Below, piece by piece: positions 9,950-23,263 of a stretch of DNA of 64,000 nt (positions within the stretch are counted from its first letter, which is position 1; each line of letters starts with the position of its first letter). The stretch comes from Tricharina praecox (taxonomy: Eukaryota). The stretch covers positions 930,001 to 994,000 of the forward strand of contig NW_026250407.1 of assembly GCF_024521635.1 (NCBI RefSeq). The letters run 5' to 3'. The notes below the pieces were generated by a model. It made no database searches. It was given only the letters and a program-made list of their open reading frames with translations, and was not told the DNA's origin. The translations under genes were made by a program, and so were the position numbers.

Positions 9950-12900
9950 TTAACCCTCTCCTGTCACTTCGGCTCTTCCGGATTTCCTTCGGTCCAGTCC
10001 GTTGCCGTTACTACTCTCTCCATTGACGCGAACGTCCATCTTGGCCGCAGCTATGCCATTCGTCTTCGGCTGCCCTTCCTCTTCCTTCTTCTGGAACTGC
10101 TCTTCCAGTCTATCGTTCACCATACTCAAGAGCTTGCTCGAATATGCCTCCAACATCGCCGCCATTGTATCGTCGTCTCCGGAACTGCTCTCTCCGTCAC
10201 GCTCTCCGCTCTTGTCATCGCCACCCAGTTCCTTGACGGTCAATCCCAGTTCGCGTTGAAGGCCTCTCATGATCTCTGGCCGGAGGGCACCGTTTTCCGT
10301 CAGGCCCGTTTGCTCGACACGTTTTCGGAAGCTCCGCAGACTCCGCGTCAGACTCTGCGCTAGTGCGTTCATGGACCCGGGACCATTGCTGTTGGCATCG
10401 CTCTTGACGCGCGTTCTACTCTGTCCTCTGGTAGACGACCTAGCATCGCAGCTTAACCGTCTTGGCGGTGCAGCCAGCCGCGTCTTCTCGTCAGGTGGAC
10501 TCGGTGTCCTCCCGCGGGCTTTCCGGCTTTCCCGGCCATTGGCATTGGCGGGGTTTATTACTGCTGTCGGCGTCGACGGCGAGACCAACGAGTCTTCAGA
10601 TGAGGTGGACGACTGGTTCTGCTGCGCTTGCGATTGCGTTATAGTCTGTTGCTGGACCGCATTCCCAGCCTTCGAAACCGCCGAGAGGGTTCTATTCAGT
10701 CCGTACAATGACCCCTTCTTCCTGAGCGGCCTCGGTGGAGATGTGCTTCCGACCGACTTGCTGCCCGAGACCCCCGAGAATTCCGAATTGTTACCGCTAC
10801 CACCTCTCGGTGTAAAGTCCATCAATTCCGTCCTGCTAAGAACCCTCCTCAACGGAGTCCGAGCTGCAGTCAGATCCCTCTGCGGTGTAACCTCCAAATC
10901 ACGACTTGGTGTCCCGTTGCCGTTCACTCCCTGTGACCCCCGTTCCGAGAAATCCCAAATCATGATCGTGCCGTCCGTTCCAGTGCTGATGACAGTCGTA
11001 CTTCCTCCCTCCCGTTCCTTTCCGACTTCCAGAAGACAAACATCGCTGACACCCTCCGTATGCCCCCACTCCTTATCAACCAAACCTCCGTTGAGATCGT
11101 ACAGTCGTATGCTCTTGTCCGTAGTCGAAGTGCCCACGATGATCCTGGGCTTTCCCTTGTCCTCCGATAGTGTGATGGCATCCATGACGACGGAATCCCC
11201 AGTCTCATCCGTGACTTTGAAGCTGTTGATAATCTTCCCGTTAGTGAGGTCGTATTTGATGATCTGACGGTCGAGAGTTGACACCAGCAACGTCGAAGCG
11301 GAATCAGACAGCGGTGCCAAATGGATCGGTGACGCCTTGGTGTTGAGTGTTCGCAGCGGAATGTAAGCGTCCGTAACGGTACCGTCGAGTGCCTCTCGGT
11401 GACACAACTCTCTGATCACTATCGTTCGGTCCGTCGAACAGGACAACAGTTTGTTCCCATTCTCCAACAAGAGCACCCTCTGAACGCTGGCGGTATGATC
11501 ATCCAGCGTCTGAGACAAAGTCCAGGTTCCATTTATCCTTTTGAACACCTGAGCCGTGCGGTCCCTGGCACAACTGACGATGGTATCCTGGTGCATGGTG
11601 ATATCCATGATCTCGCCGCTGTGTGCCTTGACATCGTAGTAATGTTCGAAAGATTCGCCATCGATGACACTGTGTGACACCCGTCAGCACGCCCATCCCC
11701 CTACCTCTCGAGTCCATCGATACCTACCGCAGTACTCCGTATTTGTCTCCAGACACGAAAAACGTCCCATCATCCGAAACCCTAACAACCTTCAGTTCGT
11801 TGCTGACATCATCCTCGCCTTCTGCCGGTTGCTCCAACATGACCTGGAATTCGGCCTTGCAGATTCCATCCAAGCACCAAAACAAAACAGCACCTCCGGC
11901 CGACCAGGTGAAGAAAGCTGCCTCCGAGGGGTGATTGCGAGGGAGCGGCCTGACACCCAAACATGCATCCTTGTGCGCAGGGAGCTCACGGACCATAGAG
12001 TTCGGCACGGGCACGCCATCGACCGTGGACATATTAATTATCTTCAGAGACCGATTCGAATCCAGGGTGAACAGATGGCCAAACATTGAGGCCATGGCGA
12101 CGACATCGGCACGGCGACATCCCGACGGAAGAACCGGCGAGCTGGATCGCGAAGACGATGGAGAAGCCGGCGGGGTCGGCGGGACGATATTCGCCAGTAC
12201 CAGAGCACTAAAACACCCCCTCGAATCAGCCTTAGGACCATCAAACCCCCCTGAATCCAAATTCCCCATCCTTCTGCAGATTGACATACCTATGGCTGCC
12301 ATTCTTACCGGCGACCCAGGCGAATTTGCGCTCGACGTCGACCGCGATGCAATGCACGCCAAAGCCGGCGTCGGCCACCTTCGAGAACCGCATGCCTGCC
12401 TCTTCGAGCAGACAAATATCGCCCCGCTCCGAGCACACCACGGCCTTGTCCTCCGATATCCCCACGATGCAGCTCATGGTCGAATCCGACATGTTCCCGA
12501 GGAGCGCGTTACGGCCGTGCAAAACGACCGGACCCGAGGCATTTGGCTTCTGTTGCTTGCGGGTCAGCCTCCACTTTCGTTTCGATTTTCGGCCGTCACA
12601 AACATCTTCTTCGGTTCTCCATAATTTCACGTGGCGGGTTCCAACTCTGTAAAAACGCAAGAAACGACAAAGTCAGTACTACTGTTTTTTTTTCGCGCTT
12701 ATCACCTGCCTCACATAAATTGCAATTTTCGGCAGGGATTCCTTTGAAATTATTCTTTTTCTGCGGGATTCTGAAACGCACGTCACCAGTGTCCTGCCCA
12801 TCCATGCAATCTGTCGGATGAAGCTCGTGCATTTATTGCTCGCATGGAGTTGGACGAGTCCGGGTTTGCTGGGGTTCAACGACCAAACATATATGAATCC

Positions 12901-13768
12901 GCTGCGCGCGCACACACACACAGTCGAAAGTGTCAACCTATGCCCACCACCACACACATACCACCAACCTCCCAGAAAGCGGGGGAAGAGAGGGGGGGGG
13001 GAGGGGGGGAAGGAAGGTTTACTCATTCGCGGTTCCTATGCTCGCCAAGTACTTTGAATCTGGACTGAAAGCTACATCTCTGACGCCGAAAGTATGTTCC
13101 GACATCGCCGCCACAGGCACGTCGCTCTGGACATCCTTCGACATGGAAAAGATCAATACGCGCGGGTTATATCCCGTCTCCCCGACCGCTAACCACTTTC
13201 CATCGGGGCTGAACGACAGGCACGTGGCCGCCTTTATCCTCTCCCTCGCCGTCCACGTCTTTCCGTTCGAACTGTCGTCGCCGAACGACGCCCCGGCCGA
13301 GGACGGTGTGTATCCGATACCCGCTTCGCGTAGGGAAGCCGCCGCACGGACTCTACTTTCGCTCTGAGGTGTGGATGATGGTGTGAGATGCGCCCCCGCT
13401 GCAGCGGATGTAAGCGTAGGGGCGTTCGGCCGCGCCCTGAAGAATCGTTGGGTGACATGTAGGTTGTCATCGAGGGTGACTACGACGGCGGCAGCACCGG
13501 CGGTATACGCAAACGATCGCGTGGGAGGGTGGCTATCGAAGGCATTGGTCGAGCAGCCGATAACGCGCCTCAGCGACAGACTGCTGTCGGGGAACGTGGA
13601 GCTGGTGGAGGCCGAGAACTGACGCTTCGTCGGCGCCTTTGGGTTCGAACTATTGCTATTGTTACTACTGGGTCCTCCCCGAGAGAAGTATCCGGGGGAG
13701 TTGTTAGGGGTGAGTTTCACGGATCCGCCCGTGGATGACCTCGAAGCGGGAGTGAAGACACCAGCCAT
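9950..13768 (-). CDS. Large WD40-repeat protein, WDR62/MAPKBP1-like, multi-exon
   Basis: ORFs 13019..13768, 12241..12660, 11724..12362 and 9950..11680 join through GT-AG introns; WD motifs (LSFSPDGKWLAVGETG, VGTRHVKLW, LVSGDKYGVLR, HTEGVSDV..GTDGTIMIWD) and a low-complexity C-terminus. Confidence 0.85.
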
Positions 13769-16031
13769 TACTTTGTTGTTCCGTCTTCGTCCCTAGGCTG
13801 GCAAAGGACTGTGGGGAACGGAAGTAAAGTTCTCAATCGACCGTTCAGAGGCGCTAATTCTTCATCGATGGAGGTCCAGATATACCCGGATATGAGACGA
13901 GAGATGACAGTATGTGAGGGGGGGTGATATGTCGTGCAGACGTTTGGCGGCAGGGCAGAAGAGTTAGTTTAGCGGGCTTGCGGGGGAGGGGGGTGGGAAA
14001 GCGAGTTGTTGGAGCGGGTGGGCGGGCAGGCGTGTGATAAGCTGGCCGGTTGGGCCCTGGGGGGGTTGGTTGGGTTGGTAACGCGTGATCCTTGACTGGG
14101 TACAATCCTGTTGTGTCAAATAGAAAGGAGAGGTTCTCTGAGCGGGATGGGATCGAGTTGAGTGAGTGAGTGCGAAGACGATGATGGGAGCTGGCTTCAG
14201 ATTGACGCGAGCGGTTCCCCGAATTGGGTGCTGGGTGGCTTGTGGTTGGGTTTTGCGTTGACGATGATGATGGTGATGATGGAGTGACTGGGCTTCAGAT
14301 TGGTGTAGGAAAGTGTAGGCGATGTTGAGCGAGGGAGTGAGGGAAGGAGGGAGGGAGGGGAGGGGTGTGCGTGTGGAGTCAGTGTGCGAGGGCTGGGGGG
14401 TTCGAAAAAATGAGCGGACTGCAAGACAAGACTGCAAGACAAGACTGCAATGACAGCAAATGTGCGCGGAGGGCGGAGGGCGGAGGGCGGAGAAGTTACT
14501 CTAGATTCGAAGGGCGAGTGGAGGAAGCAAAGGCAACGGCTGCTGACAAGTTTTCTGTGTCTGATCAGAGCCCGAGGCGGAAGCAGAAGTAGCAGGCACA
14601 AGGGGTGGTGGTGTTGGTGGTGGTGGCAGGCTGCTTAGTTGGCTGAGGCAGGTCGGTGGTAACCAACCAACTAGCGGAACGGGGAGAGACAGAAGGAAAT
14701 AAAAGCAATAAGAGTGGTGGTGGTGCGTGCCCGTGAGGGAGTGGTACTCTATGGCACCTACTCTACTCAACTCTGCGTGCGCGATGATGGCAGGCTTCGT
14801 GCACAGCGAACAAAGCCCAGTGCTTTCTCTCTCCTCCCCTCTCCTCCCCTCTCCTCCCCGTCTCGTTTCCCCACTCAGGCTCAGATGTTCTTCCTCCTCT
14901 CCCTCTGGCTCCGAGTGAGTGAGTGAGTGAGTGAGCGAGCGAGCGGACACCCGCAGATGTGAGCACATAGCCCCTCAAGCACCCACTCTCCTTCTTCTCT
15001 TACTTACAGCCCTTGGAACCAATAACCACCACCAGTCCCCATCACCAACAACATCACCAATATCACCAATACCATCATCATCATCATTAATCTCAACCCC
15101 CATTCGTGCCCACCCAGCCACCACCCACCTACCCAAACGACCCCCTCTCAGCCAACGGATCGGCTCTAGTCCCCCTTGTCCCTTGTGCAGAATTTCGCAG
15201 GATCTCGCTTGATCCTTCAACCCACACCCCACCCCATCCACATCCATAATGATCCATGTCGCGAACCGACCGGCCGGCCGAAGCTTGGCTGCATGTGGCG
15301 TGAACCCTGAAGGAACAACACACCACACCATGACTATGGGGTTATGTAAGCAAGACTGTAAATGGTACTCACACGACCGGAAAGTTTGGCCTCCCCCCCA
15401 TCGCCGCAGGTAATTGTTTGGGACTACATAGATCAGTGGCTGCATGTGGCTCAGCCGCAGAATTTATTATCACCGCCATGACGAGCTGCCAGCTCCAGCT
15501 TATGCTTGGAGTCCGAACGCCTATTGTTTAAAGAGGGGGGGGTAACATCTGCACTGTAAAGTAGAGTACCCGGCTTCACAGCTGCACTGCCGCCACTGCA
15601 CTGCACTGAACCACACCGCACCGCTGCACTGCACTGCACTTCAAGCCTCACCGAGTGCGGGCCGGGGCCGGGTGGAGAGGCGCAGTACTCGGTCAGATTT
15701 GCAGACATCCCCGGCCAGCAGCCAGCTTTATACTCTATGTATACGGTACCCCCCCCTCGAGTGACATCCAGCTTGTATCAATCAATCAGTCAATCAATCG
15801 GACGATCTGTCGGTCCCAAACTTCCAAACTTCCATAGGTACTCCATATACGAGACGCACAAGCACAACAACACACCACCAGCACGTAAACACTCTGCAGC
15901 AAGTAACTTCGAGTTCACCTGGCCGGCTGCGTGTGAGGGAATAAAATATAGGTAAAAGAGCCACGATATCAACCAAGCACCAAGCACCAAGCACCAAGCA
16001 AGCAAATGATTCCCCCAGCAAAGCCGACGAT

Positions 16032-16098
16032 CGCGAACCCAACGAACCAGCGAACCAACGAGCCAGCGAACCAACGAGCCAGCGAACCAACGAACCAA
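16032..16098. repeat. Imperfect tandem repeat of (CGAACCAA/CGAGCCAG) units
   Basis: Visible 8/16-bp periodicity. Confidence 0.8.
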
Positions 16099-16631
16099 TA
16101 AATCATCCAAGCAAGCAAACCCCTCTCCCATAATAATGCTAGTAATACAGTTCCCCACCCCGCAAAGAGTCTCATCATCTACAGTATCCATCCTGTGGGC
16201 GGGAAACGAGAAGAAGAAGAAAAAGAAGAAAGACCGAAGAAAAAGGAAGGAAGAAGGAAAGAAAAAAGAAAAAGGAAAGAAAGAAAGAAAGAAGAAACAA
16301 AAAAAGATAAAGATCGAAAACGAAGTATATCGTCAACAAAGTGCCCTGCACCATCCAATCCATCCGTAGATCGCCTGTAAAGTCTTTAGATTAAGCCACA
16401 GCAGTCCTCTCACCCCCTCACCCCCTCAACTCTCAATTGGTGTCCACAAAGCCCATTCAACTACGTCCCGCCTGAAGAATCATCCAAGACATGATTCTCC
16501 ATGTATAGAGCGAGCTAGTCTCGGACAAAACAATCTCGGGACACCTCCACCACCCACCCCCTCGATATCAACCAATCTGGAAGAAAAAAACGCCGGAATA
16601 ACCAAAAAAAGCCGTATCTCAAACATACGTC

Positions 16632-18972
16632 CTATGCCGATCCATTACTCGTCGTCGGCGCTGGTGTCGTCGATCCTTTCGAGCCTATGGTGATGACGGC
16701 GCACTGCATATATCGGTTAATATCCCGTTCACCTACGTCATGTTGGATGTCAACGGAGCTATTCACCTTGTTCGACCCCTCCCCGATGGCGAGACGTTGG
16801 CCGCCCTCATCCCATGAGATCTCGCCAATCTCACTGACATCGTCGGGTATCACTGTTCCATTTTTCCGCTGAGATCTGGACCGATCGTAAACGTGTGTCA
16901 GAGTCCCCGATTCAACCCGCCAAACCAAGACGGCTCCATTCGCCCCTGATGCCAGCCGGCTCCCGTCGGGCGAGAAACATATACGCTCGATGGGATCGAG
17001 GTGTCGAGAGAGCACACGAAGGCAGGTCCGAGACCCCACCTCCCATATACGCACGGTACAGTCATCCGACGCGGAAGCCAATATTCGCTTGGGCGATGCT
17101 GCAACGAATTCGGCACCGGGTTGCCAGGCAACCGAAACAATAGGAGCCGTGTGCCCCTGGAGTTTGTTTTCTGGCTTTGACTCTTTGCTAGGCTTGTGCC
17201 ATATCTAAAGCGAGCAGGTTAGCAATCCATCCCCATCGAACGAAAGCCCAAAATGATGCGTGTACACACAAGAACCGATGCATCAGCGCCGCCAGTGGCG
17301 ACGGTTTCGGTCGCCTCGTCCCATGCGATACAGGCAACCTCTCCCTGATGCGCTGTGTGTGAATGTAATGGCCCATCGACTCCTATGTCAAACTGATGGA
17401 TATCACCGTTGTCTCCACATGCAATGAACTGCATCGTCGAAATCCACTCAATCTCGTTTATCCCCTCCTTGCCCATGTCGAACATTCGGATGGTTTCGCC
17501 GTTCGTTGTGTCCCAGGCGATCATCTTTCCGTCACACGACAGCGCAAGCAGCACCTTGGCCGTCTTGTTCCATTTCAGCGACGTGGGTGGAGCAAAGTGT
17601 AACCACATGCCGTGCTCCAATCTACCGTCCACCGACCATATCCGTGTCTGTCCATCGTAAGAGCCACTGGCCAGTTGATTGCCTTCAGGACTCCAGCGTA
17701 TAGCCGTAACCTTAGCTTTGTCCGTGCTCTTACGTGAGGGCTCATGGGACAAGTCAATGTGTTCGAGTGCTTCGGCCGAAGTCGACTCCTCAGGAACGTT
17801 CCATATCAAGGCGGCTGAACCCATGCTAGCTGTAGCCAGCAGGGTTGTTACCACGGGATTCCAGGCGCAGGACAGTGTCCCCTTCTCGCCGTCTTCCACG
17901 ATGACCATATCAGGTTCCAGTATCTCCACCGGCTCCTCTATCTGCGTTCCGACGCTGCGTCCGTTGGTGATGGGGATCTCTTCAGTGAGGGGTGGCGAAG
18001 GAACAGTATCTGCCATCATGACATCTCCATCGTCAGTGACACTGTTGCCGGTCTTCTTCCTCCGCTTCTTCGACACCCCATTGACCCCGTCTTCCATTAC
18101 ATGCTGCCTCTTCGCACTGGCGCTGGTAACGGACGCGGTAGCTGGCGAAGCCTTCGTGTGTAGGGTGATCGAATCTGCATCCTCCTCATCCTCGCCCACA
18201 TCCTCCGCCGACCCATCCGCATCCAGGTCGTCGTCCAAATGGTGTCCGTCCGAGCCGACGCCCTCATCTTCGTCGAGAACTAGTGCTGCAGTCGAGGGAA
18301 GGAAATGAAATGGTTTGGCTGGTTTCCTGATAGTTCCATCCTGGATCGGATGCGACAGTCGTCAGCGCGATCCGAGCCACTGTCTTCCCCGCAATCACAA
18401 CTTCCACCCACACCGGCACACCCACCGACCCCCCCACCACCACCTCAACCACCGCAACCATCATCACCACCACAACCACCGCAGCCAACACCACAACCAC
18501 AACCACCACTCACACACACGGGGACGGACAAACATACGCGATCCACCTGCGCCGCCACTTCCTCATATTGTAATCCGCGCTGGATGAGGTAAATCAACAA
18601 GCCAACTTTGACGTGTGTCCTATAGGTTGGATCGAGCCTCTCGACCTTCGAATCGCGTTGAAAAGCAAACGCCGAATCGCGGAACCCTGTATACAGTGGA
18701 TGCGTAATCAGTACTCTGCGCGCTTGAGAACCGGGGGGGTGAGGGATGATTGGAAAGACGTGGAGTGCTGGGAGCAAGGAAAGGGACTTTCCGACTACGA
18801 ACCTGATTCTTGGAGATACCTGCTTCGTTCGAATATATAGAGCGTTAGCTTACTGTACGGTTGGATGTCAAACCACAAGCGCGCCTGCGTCCGTGTGTAT
18901 GCGTGTGGGTGTGGGTGGTACTCGCCTCCAGATCATGTAATTGACCTGGTCCGAAGAGAGCAAGTCCGCCAT
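16632..18972 (-). CDS. SIF2: LisH + WD40 protein, SIF2/TBL1-like (Set3 HDAC complex subunit); first intron is GC-AG
   Basis: Spliced N-terminus MADLLSSDQVNYMIWR|YLQESG|FRDSAFAF..GLLIYLIQRGLQYEE (LisH), then WD repeats (CAWNP..LLATAS, VTAIRWSPEGNQLASGSYDG, LASASDDCTVRIW). Confidence 0.88.
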
Positions 18973-20095
18973 GATGATTGTATAGCCACTCGGGTCACGG
19001 GGTCGACAGCAGATGGTGGGGTGACCAGAGGGCGACAGCAGGAGTAAGCTGGCAGCCCGGGGGTGTTGGTGGTGGTGGTTGTGGTGGGTGGTTGTGGTTG
19101 TGGTGGTGGTAGTGGTGGTGGTGGGTGTATGGTTGCCTGTGATGTTGGATGAGGGACCTGGACGGGGTGGTAGTGTGAGCGGGTCTCTGTGTGATTGACG
19201 GGGACTTGCTGACTTGGCTGTGTGGAGATGGGGGGATGGGGGGATTGCAGCGGTGCGTGGTGTGGTTGCGGTTGTTGCGGTTGTTGCTACGAGAAGTCTT
19301 TCACGGTATGGTATGTAGAGGGAAGATATTGTTTGATGATAGAGTTTGGATGTGGTTGGTATGGGCGGCGGAGCAGTGTACTCTAGAGGGGGCCGGGTTG
19401 AGATGTATCTTCCAGGCAGCCCAATCGATAGGCAAACAGGACGTCGAGCTACTCTACGGTAGGATGGTATGTATGTGTAATAGGTAGATGGCGGTTTGAA
19501 CTGTGTATGTAAGAGGGTTTTGGGTTAGGTAGTTAGTTTGGATTAACGTGGGGATAGGTAAGATGTATGGAAGAGTAACGAGCAGCAGCGGCGGCGGCGG
19601 CGGCGGCAGGGCGGGCGTGCGTTGCGTGCGTTGCGTGCGTTGCGTTGCGCTGCGTTAGGTTCTCGAGCTTTTTGGTTTGCGTGTCTGTCTGTCTGGCTGT
19701 CTGTTGAGTGTCTGGGTTTCCAGGAGATGGGGTTGGGCCTTTGCTTGTGCTTGTGCTTGTGCTTGCGGAATGGGGATTGGGATTGATTGGTGGGAAAGAT
19801 TTCATGGATACGACGGATGTGGGATGTGGGATGGACGGACGGGGGTGGGACGGAGATAGTTGTTAGATACCTGTACTCTTCTCTACCGCGACGCCGTGTA
19901 GAAAGTCGTAGGCTCGAGAAGGTCGACACGCATGACTGACTGGCGGGCGGGCGCGGGCGCGGAGCGGGCAGATGGACGACCGAGCGAGCGAGGAAAGGGA
20001 CAGGGTGGAGCGAGGCGAAGTCTGGAGAATCCGAATGAATGGACGGGGCTTGTCTGCAGAATGAATGGGGCTTGTCTGCGTGCTGCTTGCTTGCT

Positions 20096-20128
<33 letters not shown>

Positions 20129-20735
20129 CCACACGCGCAATTCTTCCAAGGGCATCTCCTTAGTTACTGTCATAGTGCTGTCCACCTATGAACTACTAGT
20201 AGACGAGGTCGTGGCCAAGCCCGCCGCGATTCTCAACATCCCGCGAAGCCCAAGAAGTTGACGATCGATATATAGACACATACCGTGGCCGAGTGGCCGA
20301 CTGCCTACTCTGCTCTAGAGATGCACCCATGCCTTGCGTCCGAAATGGTGCGCGGAGGCTAACTAGAGTAAAGAGATCCCCTTGGAATCCTGCCTAGGTT
20401 TCTTGGATGCTATTCTGCACCCCCTGGCACGTGATCTGAGATTGGGGATAACTTTGATGGGGAGGAAAAAGGATGACACGGCATTTGCATGCCGGTGATA
20501 GGAGTCATCTCTCCTCTCGTTCTCCAGCAGCAACCCAAATCTCAATCGAACCCGTCCGCATTGTCCCGATACGAAATCTTGCTTTTTTTTTACGTCGAAT
20601 AGAGACGGAGACAGAGAGAAAACTCCCATCTAAAACAAATCCAAATCCCCTACTAGACCCCAGCCAACCAACCATGATACACCCAATACACCGGATACAA
20701 CGACACGCATTCCCACCACCTCATCTTCATCCCGT

Positions 20736-22184
20736 CTAGACGTTCAACTGGCTGACCTCAGTGCTCAGTTGGCTCTTCCACGGCGCCAGCGCCTTCGCAA
20801 CCTCGGTGTTGACAAACTTGACGACCTGCTCGGGCGCACGTCCGACGAACGTCTTCGGGTCCATCAGGGTATCGATCTCGCCCCAGATGGGCTTGAAGAA
20901 CTCGTCGCGCTTGATGCGCTCGATCAGGTCGTTGTCCTTGCCCTCGAGCTTGACGACAGCCGAGGCCTCGTGACTGAGCACGCGGATCTTCTCGTGCGCG
21001 TCCTGTCGGTTACCACCCATGTTCACCAGGCGCATGATGAAGTTCTCGGTGGCCATGAAGGGCAGCTCGTCCTTGATGCGTCGGTTGATGACGGCGGGGT
21101 AGACGACGAGTCCCGACACTACGTTGTCGAGGATGCGCAGGAGGATGTCGCCCGTCAGGAACGAGCTGGGGATGTCGATGCGGCGGATGGCCGAGTCGTC
21201 GAGCGTGCGTTCGAACCACTGTGCAGCGTAGGTGTCGAGGGCGTCCTTGTTGAGGTTGGCAAGGTGACGGCCGAGGGAACACATACGCTCGCTGCGCATG
21301 GGATTGCGCTTGTAGGCCATGGCGGACGATCCGATCTGGTCCTTCTCGAAGGGCTCCTCGATCTCCTTGGTGGCGGCGAGATGGCGGATGTCGCTGCCGA
21401 TGCGCTGACATGTAGCGCCGAAGGAAGAGAGTGCAGAGATCACATCCGCGTCGATCTTGCGAGAGTATGTCTGACTGGTGATGGGGTAAGCGTACGCGAA
21501 ACCGGCAAACTCGGTGACGAGGCGGTCCAGCTCCTCAACCTTGTCGTGGTCGCCGTTGAAGATCTGGAGGAACGAGGCCTGTGTTCCGGTGGTTCCCTTG
21601 ACTCCACGGAATCCGAGGTCGTCGCGTGCGCGGGTCAGGTTGCGCAGGTCGAAGAGCAAGTCCTGGATCCAGAGGCATGCACGCTTTCCGACGGTGGTGA
21701 GCTGTGCAGCCTGGTAGTGGGTGTAGCCTAGAGTTGCCATGTCCTTGTACTCGACGGCGAACTGGGAGAGCTTGTGGATCACATTCGCCAGCTTGGGAAG
21801 CAGAAGGTCCAGTCCCTTCTTGAGGAATATCAGGTCCGCGTTGTCGGTGCAGTAGCAGGAGGTAGCCCCCCAGTGAATGATTCCAGCCGCCGCCGGGGCG
21901 TTCTGGCCGAATGCGTGGACGTGGGCCATGACGTCGTGACGCCGGCGCTTCTCCTCCTCAGCGGCGACGGCGAAGTCCTCGTCGGTGAGGGTAAGGTGGG
22001 CCTCCATCTGCTCGATGGCCTCGTCTGAGATTGCAAGACCCAGCTGTTTCTCAGCCTTAGCGAGCCAGAGCCAGAGCTGGCGCCATGTGCTGAAGCGGGT
22101 AGCTGGCGAGAAGAGTTCAGCCATCTCCTTGGAGGCATAGCGGGAGGAGAGGGGGGTCTGGTAGATGTTGTTGTTGGAAGCCAT
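20736..22184 (-). CDS. ADE13: Adenylosuccinate lyase, intronless
   Basis: [30 protein letters not shown] and the [14 protein letters not shown] signature; strong codon bias; ATG at 22184. Confidence 0.98.
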   Translation of the reverse strand: MASNNNIYQTPLSSRYASKEMAELFSPATRFSTWRQLWLWLAKAEKQLGLAISDEAIEQMEAHLTLTDEDFAVAAEEEKRRRHDVMAHVHAFGQNAPAAAGIIHWGATSCYCTDNADLIFLKKGLDLLLPKLANVIHKLSQFAVEYKDMATLGYTHYQAAQLTTVGKRACLWIQDLLFDLRNLTRARDDLGFRGVKGTTGTQASFLQIFNGDHDKVEELDRLVTEFAGFAYAYPITSQTYSRKIDADVISALSSFGATCQRIGSDIRHLAATKEIEEPFEKDQIGSSAMAYKRNPMRSERMCSLGRHLANLNKDALDTYAAQWFERTLDDSAIRRIDIPSSFLTGDILLRILDNVVSGLVVYPAVINRRIKDELPFMATENFIMRLVNMGGNRQDAHEKIRVLSHEASAVVKLEGKDNDLIERIKRDEFFKPIWGEIDTLMDPKTFVGRAPEQVVKFVNTEVAKALAPWKSQLSTEVSQLNV

Positions 22185-23263
22185 GGTTGCGGATTTGTTT
22201 CTGAAAGTCCAGACAGCGGAACAGCAATCGAAAGGGCTATTTGTACGAGGATCAATTGGGGTTGGAGGAGAAGATTTACGGAAGACTTCGGGCGGGTCTT
22301 CGTGCTGAGAAGGCAGGAATAAAATTTGACTGCTGGGTACTCCATGTGGGGGCAACCTAAAAGTGTGATTTGCGGCTCTTTGAAAACTACCCCGCCATTG
22401 GCACCGACATCTGCTCGCTGCAGATCATCCATCCCCCATTCATGCCACCAACGCCTGATGAACGAGGGAGGTCGAACCACAACGCACTGCTTTCCAGCAT
22501 GATCAAACCCCATTATTGTTCTCGTACAGCGACTCATGCCGGGAAACATCGGGAAACAAAAGACTGTACAGAGCGGTTTTCAGAGGCTTGAACGATACAC
22601 TCCCCCTTGCTGCCACCCTATGTGCTCTTCGCAGTCGCCGGGGCTACTGGCCTCGTACTCTACAGACCGACATCGAACCATCGTCAGGCTTTCCGCACAG
22701 ACGGAGGAACCCGGTAACTGCTCACTTGCAAGAGATGTGCTTGCCCCTGGAGTTGGCGTGCATATGGACGGGGAGCGTGTTAAGCATAACTCGCGATTTC
22801 TGGCGACTAAAGCAGCATCATGGCTTTCCGACGTGTGTAACGTGTTCGAATTCCAAGCAAGTGTAGAAGCCAGTCTTGACTAAGCTATCACTCGGGATCC
22901 TCCGATCCTGGAGTGCTGACAGTCCTCCAAGAGGACCCTGAATGGCCCTAGAGGAGCTTCCAAGAGCTTGGATCTCACCCTCCTCACCAGCCGAACAGTG
23001 TGAATAATTCACCAATCACTCTTCCAGTCTTGCAGGCTCCACTCATTTCGAGCGTGATAACCTATGATCACCAAGCGCCCGTTTATCGCTACCGCCGTTT
23101 TCTACATAGCGATCGACACTCGTATGCGCCAAGCCTAGCTCCAGCCCGCAAACCCTCCATCCCACGAGACCCTTTTTCCACCCTCGGCGAATCCCACAAA
23201 TTATTCCCCAACCTCAGCCCCTCCCGCCCTCCCGCCCTCCCGCCCTCCCGCCCACCGCCCAGA

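Noticed and set aside
10269..11267. 332-aa plus-strand ORF (similarly 28501..29511, 52522..53244, 57177..57887)
   Set aside because: Antisense to well-supported genes, with no domain features
20769..21731. 320-aa plus-strand ORF
   Set aside because: Antisense shadow of the strongly codon-biased ADE13
22185..22355. TTG-started 57-aa extension of ADE13
   Set aside because: Family similarity begins at the ATG at 22184; nothing supports non-AUG initiation
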